Source: Lama guanicoe (Eukaryota). From it: a stretch of DNA of 64,000 nucleotides. Position numbers and translations under genes: made by a program. The stretch spans positions 6,714,399-6,778,398 of the forward strand of contig MU053934.1 in the NCBI GenBank assembly GCA_013239625.1, written 5' to 3'. Shown one piece after another: positions 1 through 12,325 of the stretch. How positions within the stretch are numbered: position 1 is the stretch's first letter; each line of letters begins with the position of its first letter. The notes under the pieces were generated by a model. That model had not been told where the DNA came from and did not search any database. It was given only the letters and a program-made list of their open reading frames with translations.

Positions 1-320
1 TACATCTGTCAGCAGTCTGTTCCTCTTCATTGCTGAGTGGTCTTCCACTGTATGCATGTACCAGTTTGTTTACCCATTCTCCTGCTGGTGGACATCTGGA
101 CTGTTTCCAGTCTTTGGCTATCATGAATAAAGCTCCTACAAACATTCTTGTTCAAGGCTTACTTGTGGACATATACTTTTATTTCTCTTGGATAAATAGC
201 TAGAAATGGAACTGCTGGGTCACAGGGCAGACATATATTCAACTTTTCACAAAACTTTGAGTTTTCCAAAGTGTTCACATCATTTTATACTCTCATCAGC
301 AGTATATCTGAGTTCTGGCT
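1..320 (-). mobile_element. Old LINE-1 (L1M-type) 3' region fragment, antisense
   Basis: Contains the typical antisense L1M 3' text (ttcattgctgagtgg...ggacatctggactgtttccagtctttggctatcatgaataaagct...tttctcttggataaatagctagaaatggaactgctgggtca). Recognised by eye; subfamily not determined. Confidence 0.8.
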
Positions 321-482
321 GCCTGACTCCTAGGTGTTTTGCTTGAGTAACTCTACCTATACCACAACCAAACTCATTTTTTCAGCACTTCAAATGTTTC
401 TTTCTATATTTTCTTTTTCAGACCTTCGTAGATGCACTCCAAGGACACTTTTCCTCCTTAATCCCATCCCCTTTACTGTCGG

Positions 483-1080
483 TTTATTCATTCAACAAAT
501 ATTCTGAGGGATGAGAAAAGGCTAGGTTGGGCACAGTGTTCTGGGCAAAGGAAGTAGTCTATAAAGAAGTCCCTGAGGTAGGAAAGAGCCTGCTGCCTCC
601 AGGGGACAGAGAAAGTGAATGCGGCTGAAGACAGCAAGCAAAAGCAGCAGAGAGCCGGTCAGAGAGGTGGGCAGGGGCCAGGGCACTCAGAGCCTTGTGA
701 GAAATGGGAAGGAGTTTGGATTTTCTTCTAAGTGCTGTGAGAAACCACTAAACAATTTTAAGTGGAGGAAAGACAGATGACTCTTGGCTGCTCTGGGCAA
801 AGTGGAACAGAGGCAGATGGGTAGAAATTGGGGTGGGGGGTCATGCTAAGAGGCAATCACAGTATTCCAGGTAGGCGATGATGGTGGAGCTAGCAGAAGT
901 CTGGCTGAAGATACCAATGTGGAGGTCATCAGCCTATGAACAATCACAAAAGCCTAGGGATATCTGAGAGCACTCAGGGAGAGTGCAGTGAAATAAAGAG
1001 AGTCCAGAGAATGTCTATGGTCAAGCAGAAGAAGGAGAGGGATGAGCCACAGAGGCAGGAAGAGATAGCTAAGAGACAAG
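483..1080 (-). mobile_element. LINE-2 (L2) fragment
   Basis: Starts with ttattcattcaacaaatatt (reverse complement of the L2 3' tail), followed by typical antisense L2 text (ccctgaggtaggaaagagc...gggaaggagtttggattttcttctaagtgc...gaaaccact). Confidence 0.7.
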
Positions 1081-1314
1081 ACAGGCACCTGGATGAGAAG
1101 CAAATGGTCCTCCTTTGAGAAGCCTCCTGTGATCTCTCAAGTCAGGATTATACATCTTGGTACACAAGTACTCTTCCATCAGAGCATTTCTGATAGCCCT
1201 GTTTAACTATCTTTCTCTACTGAGCAGATATCTGAGGATGTAAAATCAACCAGCCCTGCTCTAGTCCAGTGTCTTGGGACACAACACAATGTGGAATGTT
1301 TGTTTAATGGACAA

Positions 1315-1500
1315 CTACCATTCACTGAGGGTTACTTATGGGTGGTGCACTCCACTATACACTTTTCCCATTTTAATTCCTTTTCCCACGGGCCCTGAGG
1401 AAGATATATCTCCTTTGTACAGATGAGGAAACTGTGGCTCAGGCAAAATGCTCAAGGTCACTCACTGCTAGTAAGTGATGGAGCCAAACCGAGGCCACAT
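1315..1500 (-). mobile_element. MIR SINE
   Basis: Contains the antisense MIR core acagatgaggaaactgtggctc...caaggtcac...gctagtaagtg. Confidence 0.8.
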
Positions 1501-3059
1501 GTCCTCCTTCACGTGCCCTGCTGCCTCCACAAACAGCTCATCACGTGGACTTTCTACGGTGAGAGTGTCTTTTCACATAACTGCAAAAAGGATGCAAAAT
1601 CTGCTCCCAGGCTAACTGGCCCACCAGAGAACTAAGTCAGGGTTATGTCCAAGGAAATAGCCCTGCCCAAGAATCCCTACTCTTGTCAGGAACAATAATC
1701 TCCAGGCTCCCAAAGTAATGCTTCAACTTAGGGTGCTTCAAAATGTAGAAGTGAAATCCTCCCTGAAGCAGGTCTAAAGGTGGAAAAACTGAGGACTGCT
1801 AGGGCTTTACCTCTTTTGAATTCCAGGACTCAATTTTCATAAGACCCAGAAATTTCTCCCTATATCTAAAGGGCCTAATTTGAACTTCACAACTAATACT
1901 GAATGCAGCAAAGAGCTTCTCCATGTCAACCATTCTGGACCAAGACATAATTAGGGTGCGAGTATGTCTCAATGGGGCCAAAGAAACCAACACTACATAT
2001 CTTTGTGAAAAAAGTAGCAGTAGTACAATCTTCTTTGTACTTAGTCTGCTTTCAAGATGGACGTGCTGTCTTCTCCCTGACTTAAGGTTGGAACTACACA
2101 AGCTTTTTCCTCAGTGAGTAAGTACATCAACAGCCAGAGGCTTCCTTCCTTTCTTTTTCTACTCAGAAGCAACTGTTAACTAACAATCCCACGGTCAGAG
2201 CATGGGCTATGGTTGAAAGAACACTAGCTGGCAGAGAACGGGGCCCTAGCCTTGACTCTGTCAGTGAAAAGATGCATAACTTTGGGCAAGTCACCACCTT
2301 CCTGGCATCTTTCCTGAGTTGTAAAGACAAAGTGCTAGACTAGACAATTTCTTACGTTTCTTTCAGCTCTCTATAAAATTTTACCACAGAAAGCACAGAA
2401 AGGGTGGTTGAAGGTATGCTGGATGCCACCAGCTGGCTGGGAAAAGCGGAGTGGAGAACCCTCCTGGACATGGATAACAAAGCCTGTCTGACCTGTGCTA
2501 TTTCCTCTCCTGCCAGAGCACTCACTCTCAGCTACCCTTGCTTCCCTCAACAACCCTGGCCCCAATTCCACTAGGTCACTTGGAGTCCTCCATTTGAAGC
2601 AACATTTAGCAGAGTGTCCTGCATACAGACGTCACTAAGTTTTGCTGGCTTTATTTGATACTTCAACAAAGTATGGTGATTTAGTATACTCCAATCCAAC
2701 TCCCAAACAAAGAAATATGCGCTCACCAATATTATAACACATCTCTATGTTTTTTTTTTACCAGAATGATTTTAAAAAGCAGACACATTCCCCTTTCTTA
2801 CCCTTTACAAGGTACCATGAATGATCCCTGTTAAGTTCTTCTGAGTCAGGTCCCCGTTCACAGAGCACTGATATAAACAGAGGGAAGACGTCAACCAACC
2901 CGATTCTACTCTTTGGATTAACTTCTCAAGATGTTCAGGGCTAAAGCAAATTATTTACTTTGCTTAGCGCATCCATCCCACAGATCAAGTCTGACTGCCC
3001 TGCCGGCAGAAAAGGCTTCAGCAGAGGGATCATCTTAATGACCACTTTGGAGGAGCTCC

Positions 3060-3230
3060 CCTGAGTCACCATCATATTGTCTTTTATTCGCTTCGTAGCC
3101 AGCATCACCACCTGACATTCTTACTTACTTACTGTCTACAGTCCGTCTCCAGAGCAGCTCCTTCTCTATCTTGCCCACCACTGCATCTCCCATGTTTAGA
3201 ACAACGCCTACAAATGCTTGTTAATGAAAA
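3060..3230 (+). mobile_element. L2 3' end fragment
   Basis: tcttgcccaccactgcatctcccatgtttagaacaacgcct...aaatgcttgttaatgaa resembles the L2 3' terminus. Confidence 0.6.
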
Positions 3231-6200
3231 TTAGAACACATACACAGAGCACTTTAATCCACATTTAGGGATGCGCTGTTCAAGCATGGAAACCATCTTC
3301 CAATCAGGCTGATAATCAAATGTTCCAATGAACTTCCACTCTCTCCTATAGAACAGCTTACATATACTGCATATTGCAATAAGGATATTTTCTTCTGTGG
3401 CTAATGTTTTCTCTTTCTTAACTTCCCCACAATGAAGCATCAGATAACAAGCCACAGATATACCAATAAGTCACTTTATAGTTCATCTTCCTGCTGGGTT
3501 GTGCACATTACCTACAAGCAAACATAGCTCTAATGCAGAAAGTACTGATTGTGTTTGTCACCATGAGAACCTTTCCACCCATACTGCACGTACCATAGGT
3601 ATTATGAGGACTTCCAAGTCTAATAATAAAAACTAGTCTCAGTGCAGTATGACCAAATTATGCTCTACGAAAGCCTTGATTTCATTGTATTTCAAATGTA
3701 TAACTTTAATGTACAGTTTTGCTCCAATATAAACAGGGTTTTATTGTATTGCTTTACTTTGTTACTTTTACCTCCACAAAAAAAGTAAATAAAGGTAGCA
3801 GAGTCTGAAACCCCAGACAAATCTAATGAACACTAAGGTGCCTTGAACATAAACCCCCAGGAGGAAGTGAGCTTAAGGCATATTGGGGAAAGGGCTGTCT
3901 TTTCTAAATGCATCTTTTGAGTCGCATCTGGTCAAACTGAGAGCAGATACCAGATTCCTGTGCACTGTAAACCAGTAAGACAGAGAGAAGAGACATTCCC
4001 TTACACACTATATCACTCTTTTGAGTTGATACAACAAGTTTACAGCTCAAGACACAATGGGAGAATTGAGTACGAAAGAGAAATTTCTTAGATTAAATCT
4101 CAAGTGCACTGGCAAAACTGGCCAGGAATGGGAAAGTAAAGTTTCAGAAAACTTCAGGGGACACTAAGCCACATGGCACAGTCACAAGAACCATGATTTC
4201 CAGTATTTTGCCTGAGTCCAGATTTTAAGTTCATTATAACTTAAAAACGGGGGGGGGGGGTAGCAGAAAATTTAGATTTCCAAGGCCAATCTACCACTAG
4301 TTGATTTGTGTCTTGAGCAGGCAGTGAGTTATGACAGATCCAGAAAAGGCTTTGGAGCCAAGGGGAGGACAGTCACAATCAAACCCTGACCCTTGTTTAG
4401 TTCTATGATCTCTCAGGGAAAGAAGAGGTGATATATATACATACCTCTCAGGTCTGCTGAGCGGATTTTGTAAGTTAAAATACCTTGGACAGAACCTAGC
4501 ATACTGGGGTTTTTTTCTTTTTTTTTAAAAACAAATGTTAGCATCCTTTCCTCTCTATAAAACAAGGTTGAACTCACCAAAAATCCAACTCTGGTTTCTT
4601 GTTTTACATTCAATATTATGAAGGTTATAAAAGAGTATACAACTAAAAGGCTATAGAACCTAAAACCTGTATCTCCTTACCACTGTGGCAACCTTTTCTC
4701 CCACACATATACACAAACTCTTAAACCTCTGTAAGAGTTTTATAACTTTTTCCTCGTAAGTTGTAACACAAAGCTAAATATAAGTGAGTGTGGTAACTGC
4801 TTACAATTTAAGTAGCTATAAGGTTTTTAAAAGCCCACACCAAACACAAGGTCATATTTCAAATACCAACACAGAATAAATTGCTAATTTTTTGGAAACG
4901 CAAATAATGTGACAGATCAGATGCTAATATACAAAAAATGTCTACCAATCTGTCTCCAAAGTCAGCATTATGAGCATGCCTTCCAATACTATGACCCTTT
5001 TTGAAACTGTACAGAATGAACAAAAAAGTGGTCTAAGAAAGACATATCACATTAGGCACATGTTCTTCAAGCATCCCAGTACTAGAAATTTAAGACAAGA
5101 CCAACTTCTGAGGCTCGTCTGAAAGGACTAACCAGTCAAAAGCATGGCCAAAGGCCCTCACACACCATAAAATCAGTGAAACTAATTGGGGCTCTTCAGC
5201 AACTGAAAAGAAGCACTCGGCTACCATAAAGAAATAAACGTGGGGTGCAAGTAATTAGTGCACCCTGAGGTGATAGTTAATTCCAGTAGCATACCATTTC
5301 ACAGGAGATATTATGGAATTCCACTTTATCCCTACTCTGAGAATACTAAAGCTGGAAATTTCAAGTTTCAAATACCCCTTGAAAGAACTTTAAATAAGAT
5401 CCCTCTACAATCTCCTGCATGGAAAGAGCTTGGAACTCCTTGGAGCCAACCAACACACACACACCCAAACACACTTCCATTATCCACAGTTCCAGGTAGT
5501 CAGACGTATTCTGAAAAATCTTTTTCCTGATTAACTCCTTCTTGCAAAGACAAAAAAATACAAGGTATACTCAGCATAGACTAGAATATACTTTCTGAGA
5601 AGCACAGAAAAGCATCTGGGATTTGAGGGAAAACTGTACCCTGACCAGGTCTTAAGCTCTGTTGGAGAGGAGGCTGAAAACTGAGACAGGCTTTTAAAGT
5701 CAGGTAAGGGACAGCCTGCATTTCCCAGAAAGTCATCTATGGTTAAAACAAACACACAAGATTGGAGGGAGTCGGGGGGACTACCCAAACCCCTGCAATG
5801 TTTGACCTGGAAAGGAGTCCTCATTTAACGGATGAAGAAATTGGAGCCTTGAGGAGACAGGTAACATGGCCAGAATAACAGTTTATTTGGTCACAAAGCT
5901 GGGAAATAGATTCCTGGTCTTCCTCGGCGGAATTTAGCAGTTCCCCACTTCACCAAGCTGCCACCCCATGTAAGATGTTTTATAAAACTCTTCACTGAGG
6001 CTGTTAACATAAGGGTCCAATTATCATTCAAAGATCTGCCTGTTAGATAATAGCTCGAAAATTCCATCCATTTTACAGCAGTTACCAGAGTCATCTAATC
6101 TTCGAGGCGAAAAAAAAAAGCAAAGAGGAAAGGGGGGAGTGTGGAATCCTAATTTTCAACTGTCCCCTAAGGGCAAACTAAAGGGTGGCACACAGAGGCA

Positions 6201-7288
6201 GACAGTGCTAGTATCCACAACCACAAAAACAGACAATAATCCCCACCCACAGGCCCAGGAAGGAGGCCGCTCCTCTGCACCGCACCCCCCCACACACACA
6301 ACTCACTAAATTCCACTCCCATCCCGGCGCACGGGAGACATTCCACCTCCCGCTGCCGCCAGAGCGGGCTGGGCTGGGCCGCATCGGCCACTCTCCTTAA
6401 ACCACCACTTTTCCCCCTAAAAAGGACGAGAAGCCTAGAGCCCCCGACCCCAAAACGAGCTTTCGCTCGCACACTGGGACCTCGGGATCAAACACCCAGC
6501 CCCGCTCACGGCGGCGGGGGAGGGGGAGAAAACCCCACGCAGGAAGTGTGTCCTGGGCTCCGCTCGCCGCCCCCAGCGCCGGGACCTTGCGCCGGGCCAG
6601 CCGGTACCTGCCCTCCGCCCTCAACAGGCGAGAAGCAGCCGCGTCCACATGGCTTCAGGTGTTCACATGGCAATAAACGGGCCCCCGGCCCTCCCGCGGC
6701 AGGGGCGCGCTCCGACACCCGGGCGCCTCAGCGCCGCTCCCGCCCTCCTGCCCGCCCGGCCCCTCCCCAAGGCCGGCCCTCCGCCCGGCGGCCTCGCCCC
6801 CAGCCCGCCGCGAAGCGGCGAGTGCCGCCAGACCCCCGGGGCTGCCAGGGGCCCCAGGGCGGGTGGCGCTGACCCCGCCGACCCCTGGGCGCCGCCCGCT
6901 CACATCCGCCGTGTTTGCACCAGAGGCCGCGATGAGCAGGTACCTTCCCCCAGCACCCTCAAGCCAGGACCGGTGCCCAAGCGCTGCCGGACTCCCAGGC
7001 CAGACCGAGACCCCTCAGCGCCCTGATGCCAGGCAGGGTCCGTTCCCCTCAGCGCCCCAAGGCCAGGGCAGGCCGCTCCCCTCTGCACTCCCGGGTCGGG
7101 TCGGGCTGCGCAGGGACATTCCCCTCAGCACCCCGAGTCCGGCCTCGGTGTACGGGGGCTCAGCACTCCCAGGTCGGGCCGGGCATAGACCTCTGCCCCC
7201 AACCCCCCAGAGGCCAGACACCCCAGCCCAGCCCCAGCCCCTCAGCCCCGACCCCTGCCCCTCCCCCTCAGTCCTGGGCGGCGGTTAC

Positions 7289-7418
7289 CTGCGGGAGCCC
7301 CCCGCCCGGTCCCTCGGCCTCGGCCGGGGGCGGGAGGGGAGGGAGCGGCGGCGGACGGCGCTGCGCGGGGTGGGGGTGGGGGAGCCTCCGCCGCCTCCAG
7401 CTCCGGCGCCCGGGCCGG
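7289..7418 (-). other. Probable first exon (visible 3' part) of an unidentified minus-strand gene; likely 5' UTR
   Basis: The minus strand reads ...GGGGGGCTCCCGCAG|GTAACC, with donor GT at 7288-7287. It is followed by a G-run-rich intron start and then AT-rich intron-like DNA. The 5' end runs into the N gap, and no ATG is visible in the sequenced part. Confidence 0.65.
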
Positions 7419-7640
7419 NNNNNNNNNNNNNNNNNNNNNNNNNNNNNNNNNNNNNNNNNNNNNNNNNNNNNNNNNNNNNNNNNNNNNNNNNNNNNNNNNN
7501 NNNNNNNNNNNNNNNNNNNNNNNNNNNNNNNNNNNNNNNNNNNNNNNNNNNNNNNNNNNNNNNNNNNNNNNNNNNNNNNNNNNNNNNNNNNNNNNNNNNN
7601 NNNNNNNNNNNNNNNNNNNNNNNNNNNNNNNNNNNNNNNN
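7419..7640. other. Assembly gap (222 N) in the core of the CpG island
   Basis: Run of n bases directly visible. Confidence 1.
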
Positions 7641-9729
7641 GGGGGCGGGGCGGCAGGGGGCGGGGCCGGCGGGCGCGCGCGTGCCCACCAGCGTGCAGCG
7701 CCGCCGAGGCCTGCGCGTGTTGGGCGAGAGGAGACCCCTGCCCTGCTGCCCGGGTCGTGCGGGGGTCCTCTCAGCAGCTGCGGGTCGCAGCGCGCGTGTC
7801 TCGTCTCGCGCCCAGTGCCATCTTGGCCGGCAGCTCCCGGCAGTCCTGGGAGTGGCCGTAAGCCAACTTTCTGGGGAGTTGGTGGCCCGGAATCTCTCCC
7901 TGGGATTTCTGGAGTTCCCTGAAGCCTCCAACGCCAGAATCGCGCCTCGGGCAGCCCGCGGGCGAGGGCCTGCTCTGCTCCCAATAACCTGCTCAGTCAG
8001 GCCGACTCCTGCCTGTCCAGTGCCCTCCCGGCCGCAGGCCTGGTTGCCTTGCCGCCTCCACCCCTTGTTGCCGCGTGTCCTTGGATGAATGACTTGGGCC
8101 CTCTCGAGCAAGCCTCAGTTTACACTGCAATAAAAACTAGGAGGAGGGAGGCCCACCAACCTTGCCGGTAAAACAGATGCTCACCAAATACCAGTTGCCT
8201 TTGCCTGAGGCGGCACTGAAAAGCTGCTATGCCTGGCTGGACCCAGGGTCCAGAATTAATTTGGAGATACGGTAGAGCATTTGTGGTGCCAAGGCCTCAG
8301 AACGTTCCCAGCCTTCTTTGGCAAATCTCATGTGTTTTATGGAGCAAAGGAATGGCTGACTTAAAGAAAAGAAAAGAAAAAATCTTAGTTGTAGAACCAC
8401 CACCGAGATGTTTGTGCCCCGTGACCCACTGCTATCAAAAGTGAGGAGGCCAGCGAGGGTAGGATGTTTTGAGAGTGTTTGTGATCCTCCCTCTGACTCA
8501 CCCAGAGACCTGGCCAAATTCTCTCCCCACTCTGGGCCTCAGTTTCCCGTTAGTACAATATGGGAAGGAGGAGAGTTCGGACTCGATGTCCCTAATGTTG
8601 GCTAAAATTGCTGATTCTAAATTAGGCCCCCATCGGCCCTAAATGTTAAGGGAGTAGGTAGCTTACTTTCCTGAAGCAACCCAACTTGAAAGTAAATTGG
8701 AAGTGGAAGAGTGCTTTGGGCAGCAGGTGGAGGCTGATAGGAACCAAGTGTGGCCTGAGGCCCAGTTTCAGTATGTTTGAGGTGCACTAATCCTCTGGGG
8801 CCTGGCTCTGCCCTTTCACCCACCTTAACAGAGACATTAACTCTTTGCCCTGCCTTGGGCCACCCAAGGAGGGTCCTGGCTGTGGCAACACCTGTGCCCA
8901 GCAAAGAGATCTGAAGCAGGGCCCGAGTTGGTTCTGGCACCCCAGGAGGATGTGGTTGGGGAAGGCAGTGATTTCTTCTGGCTTCTGTCCAATCACACAA
9001 AGTGGGGGCCGGCTCCAATGTGGGTCAGGGCTATTCTTGGAGACTTGATTCCCCAACACCTCCTGCATGCCAGGCAGGGTGCCGGTCTCTTCCGGGGCAG
9101 AGCTGAACAGGTCGCCAAGCCCTGCCCTCTGGCTGTTTCCATTGTTCTGTGAGTTTCATTTTCAAATTCTTTGGCACCAAGACTTAAAAGACCAGCGCTG
9201 GCTTCTGCTTTGAGTCAGAGCTACAGAGGGAAAAAGGAAAACTCTCAGCATAGACCCATGTTTTCTGGACAAATGCAGGGTGATGCATGGGAGCTTCCAC
9301 TTGGGGTTGGGGGCACCCTCAGTTTCTTGAGAGAATTCATGAAGAAAAGGGAAGTCCTTTTCCTTACAGTCTCCTGCCCGATCATTCTTTCCTTTCTTTC
9401 CCTTCTTCCTCAGCTCACCTAGATCTCAGACTGGGGACCAGAATGTGAAATGGATAGTGACAAGCTATGCAGAGCCTTGTTCAGAAGGGAAGGAATGCAG
9501 ACAGATAACTGAAGTCCACGGTCTTGTTTGTTCCTGCCTCCTGTCCTGAGACTGAGCCTACTTGCCCCTCCCCACCCCTAGGACCCTGCCTGAACAATGC
9601 CTAGCCGACTTCCACCCAGAAACTTCCTCAGTCCCAGGGCCAGGCCAGCCTGGACCTCTTCACCCCTGGCAGCCTATCACTTTCCCTTTCAGTACCATTC
9701 AGAAAGAGAATATGTGTGGGCATCATGAC

Positions 9730-9910
9730 CTACAGACAGATTTGAGTTACCTTGGGCTGTGTGGCCTTGGAACAGTCACTTCACCTCTCTGAACGCTGAT
9801 TTCCTCATCAGTAAAATGGGGATAGTATGACATTCATTAGGTGTTATGGGAATCTAAAGAGATGTGCGTAAAGAATTCAGTATAGTACCAGGCACATATG
9901 AACAATAGCT
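9730..9910 (+). mobile_element. MIR SINE
   Basis: gctgtgtggccttgg...cttcacctctctgaac...tttcctcatcagtaaaatggggatagta...ccaggcacata matches the MIR sense core and tail. Confidence 0.8.
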
Positions 9911-11149
9911 AAGGTTCTATGATGTGGACACACAAGCAGACTGAGGCTGAGAGAGGTTAAATGCTCAAGATCCAGTAGTGGCTGAAGCACAATAACTGGG
10001 AGCCCCCTCTGCTTTGATCACATTTGTGTCTTCCATTGTTCTCTCATTGTCTCATCTGTGACCATCCTGTTTTTCCTACCACACTTTAAGGAAAGGACAG
10101 TAGATTAGTTGGGTTTTTTTTTCTCTCTTCTAACCCAGTCCACTCGAAAAATACTTATTGAATTGAATCAGTGGTTTCAATTCCAGAAGCAAAATTAATC
10201 CTTTCCCTCCTCCCCCAGCTCAGAGATGGCTTTTGGAAACCCTGTGTCACTCCCTTTATTACAAACTCCTCTGTCCTCCTCCAGGCACCCGGGCCACTCC
10301 GGGATTACAAATGGAGCCTTCTGCCTCTAGGTCACTGATTCCACTACCATCTGTCAGCACGGATTGATTGAGGAGACTGGCCCTGCTCGGCAGATCAGTG
10401 ACTTGTGTGAAGTGAGCCGGGGTGTCGGTGCCTTCAGCGGCAGGCAGATGTCCTTCCTCTCACTCACTGGCTCTCTTCAGTACACATACAGCCCTCACCT
10501 TTATCCTTCAATGGGCCCCAGCTCTCCTTCCTCTTGGGAGGGGCCTCCTGCTAACTCTAGCCCGCCAAAAAGGAGGCCTAGAATTCCTGCGCACAGTCCT
10601 CTAGGAGACAGCTTAAAACAGCCTCTGGTTAAGAGAGTAGGGAACCCCACTGTGGAGCCCATCCCAAGCCAGGCACTTTCCCCATGCAGAGCACCAACAG
10701 CAGGGGTGGCCAGAACCTCTGTGGGCATGCCCTCATTCCACACAGAGCACCTGCTGTGTGCTAGGCTGTAAGCCCTGATGACGGCTAAGTCATGTGGGGA
10801 CAGCCACCTGCAGTTTCCAGGAGGGCTGTGCCCAGCACAGGGCTCCAGGAACGAGAGATGAGGCTGCGGAGGTGGGCAGGGGTGGGATCCTGCAGGGCCT
10901 TGTAACTGTGCCATACTTGGCATGAGTTTGTTTCACAGGGTCTCACAGTGACCTCTGCTCAGGAGATTTGCCCTTCAACCCTGCGCTCCACCTCACTCCT
11001 CCAGGATCCAAGTTGTGGCTCCTTCCTCAGCTCCCACTGGTCACACTGGGCTGTTTGTGACTGTATTTGTCTTTCCCTCAGGACTCTGAGCATTTGCAGG
11101 GCAGACACCTCTGCTTCCCTCAGCATCCTGCATAGGGTGAGGCACCATA

Positions 11150-11390
11150 ACCATAAAAATGGTAATGTTAATAATGACAATACAGCCCAGAGGAGTCCAA
11201 GCTCACTGGCAACAGGCACCATGTGTTTGCAACAACATGATGAGGTTGGTACTGTTACTGGTACCCACTTACAAATGGGGCCACTAAGGCTCAGAGAGTT
11301 TTCAGAATTTGTCCCAAGTCACACAGCTTAGAAAAGGCCAAGCTGGGATTTGAACCCAGGTCTTTAGGGGTTGTACTCTTAACCAGCAAG
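11150..11390 (-). mobile_element. MIR SINE
   Basis: ctaaggctcagagag...gtcccaagtcacacagct...gctgggatttgaacccaggtct...ctcttaacca. Confidence 0.8.
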
Positions 11391-11959
11391 TTTCCCAGCT
11401 CTTGGTAAACACTAGAAAGATGGATGGACACAGACAGGTGGTGGGTCCCAAAGTCTACAGGAGAATAGTGAAAGGAATGTGAGGGGACAGCAGGGTTGGC
11501 ACCAGCCTCTCCCCACAAGTCACATGTTAAAGCCTTGGACACTGGGCAGTTTGCAAGTGTTGGACCCTCAGACCCCACGCCTGGAAGACCTTGGCCTGCC
11601 CAGCAAGCGGCAGTAACTGTGCACCTGTGCACTTGTCTTCCCGCAGGTGAGCAGAGAGAACACCAGAGGAGACACAGCTGAGCCACTTCAGGCCCCTGCA
11701 CCCTGGCCACACAGATCACCCTTCAGGCCTCAACACTCCTGCCACTAGTGGCTTGAGTCTCCCTGGGCAGCCCCTGGCATGGAGGCCCAGCACAGGTCAC
11801 TGAGCTGGGGGCCCAGCCTAGTTTCACTGATGTATGTCCTTTAGCAAATCACTCGATGGCTCTGAGTCTCAATTTCTTCATCTGGAAATTGGAATGGGTG
11901 AGGGGGGTGCTGAGTGGTCCACCAGCCTCCAGGAAATCAGGTCCCTTACCATTCACTCC

Positions 11960-12325
11960 TCCCAATAACCTTCTGAGGGGGGGATTGTCATCTTCATTGT
12001 ACAGAGCAAGAAATGGACAAAGAGAGGCCAAGAAACTTGCCGGAGGTCACACAGCTAGCAAGCTGCAGAGCTGGTCTGAACTCAGCCTTCTGGCCCCGGA
12101 TCTCCCGCTGAGTCACTTAAAGCACTACAAAGTGTTAAAGCTAAGATGAAATGATCTAACAATAGTAGTGACAAAGGCGTGTTCTAAGCACTTCACTTGC
12201 ATTAACTTGCTTAATCCTTACAACAGCCCTATGAGGTGGCTACTATTTTTAGCTCATTCTGCAGATGAGGAAACTGAGTCACAGAGCAGCTAGGCAGAGT
12301 TGGAATCTGGACCCAGGTGGGTCGG
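11960..12325 (-). mobile_element. Two adjacent MIR fragments
   Basis: ttcattgtacagagcaagaaa...ggtcacacagctag, then gttctaagcacttc...ttaatccttacaacagccctatgaggtgg...cagatgaggaaactgag. Confidence 0.75.

Larger units (their letters stand above)
6300..8090. promoter_or_regulatory. CpG island promoter of a minus-strand gene
   Basis: Very high GC and CpG density compared with the CpG-depleted flanks. Tandem GC boxes (GGGGCGGGG) at 7641-7666, GCGC-rich NRF1-like sequence at ~7673-7720, and a YY1-like GCCATCTT at 7817-7824. Confidence 0.9.

Noticed and set aside
6500..6950. Extra minus-strand donor-like sites (GCC|GTGAGC ~6509, CAG|GTACCG ~6607, AAG|GTACCT ~6943)
   Set aside because: These are weaker matches with no independent evidence of exon use.
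6863..8111. Long ORFs (332, 298, 289 and 238 aa) over the CpG island
   Set aside because: They span the N gap, are Pro/Gly/Arg/Ala-rich and are open in many frames on both strands, as expected from stop-codon scarcity in GC-rich DNA.
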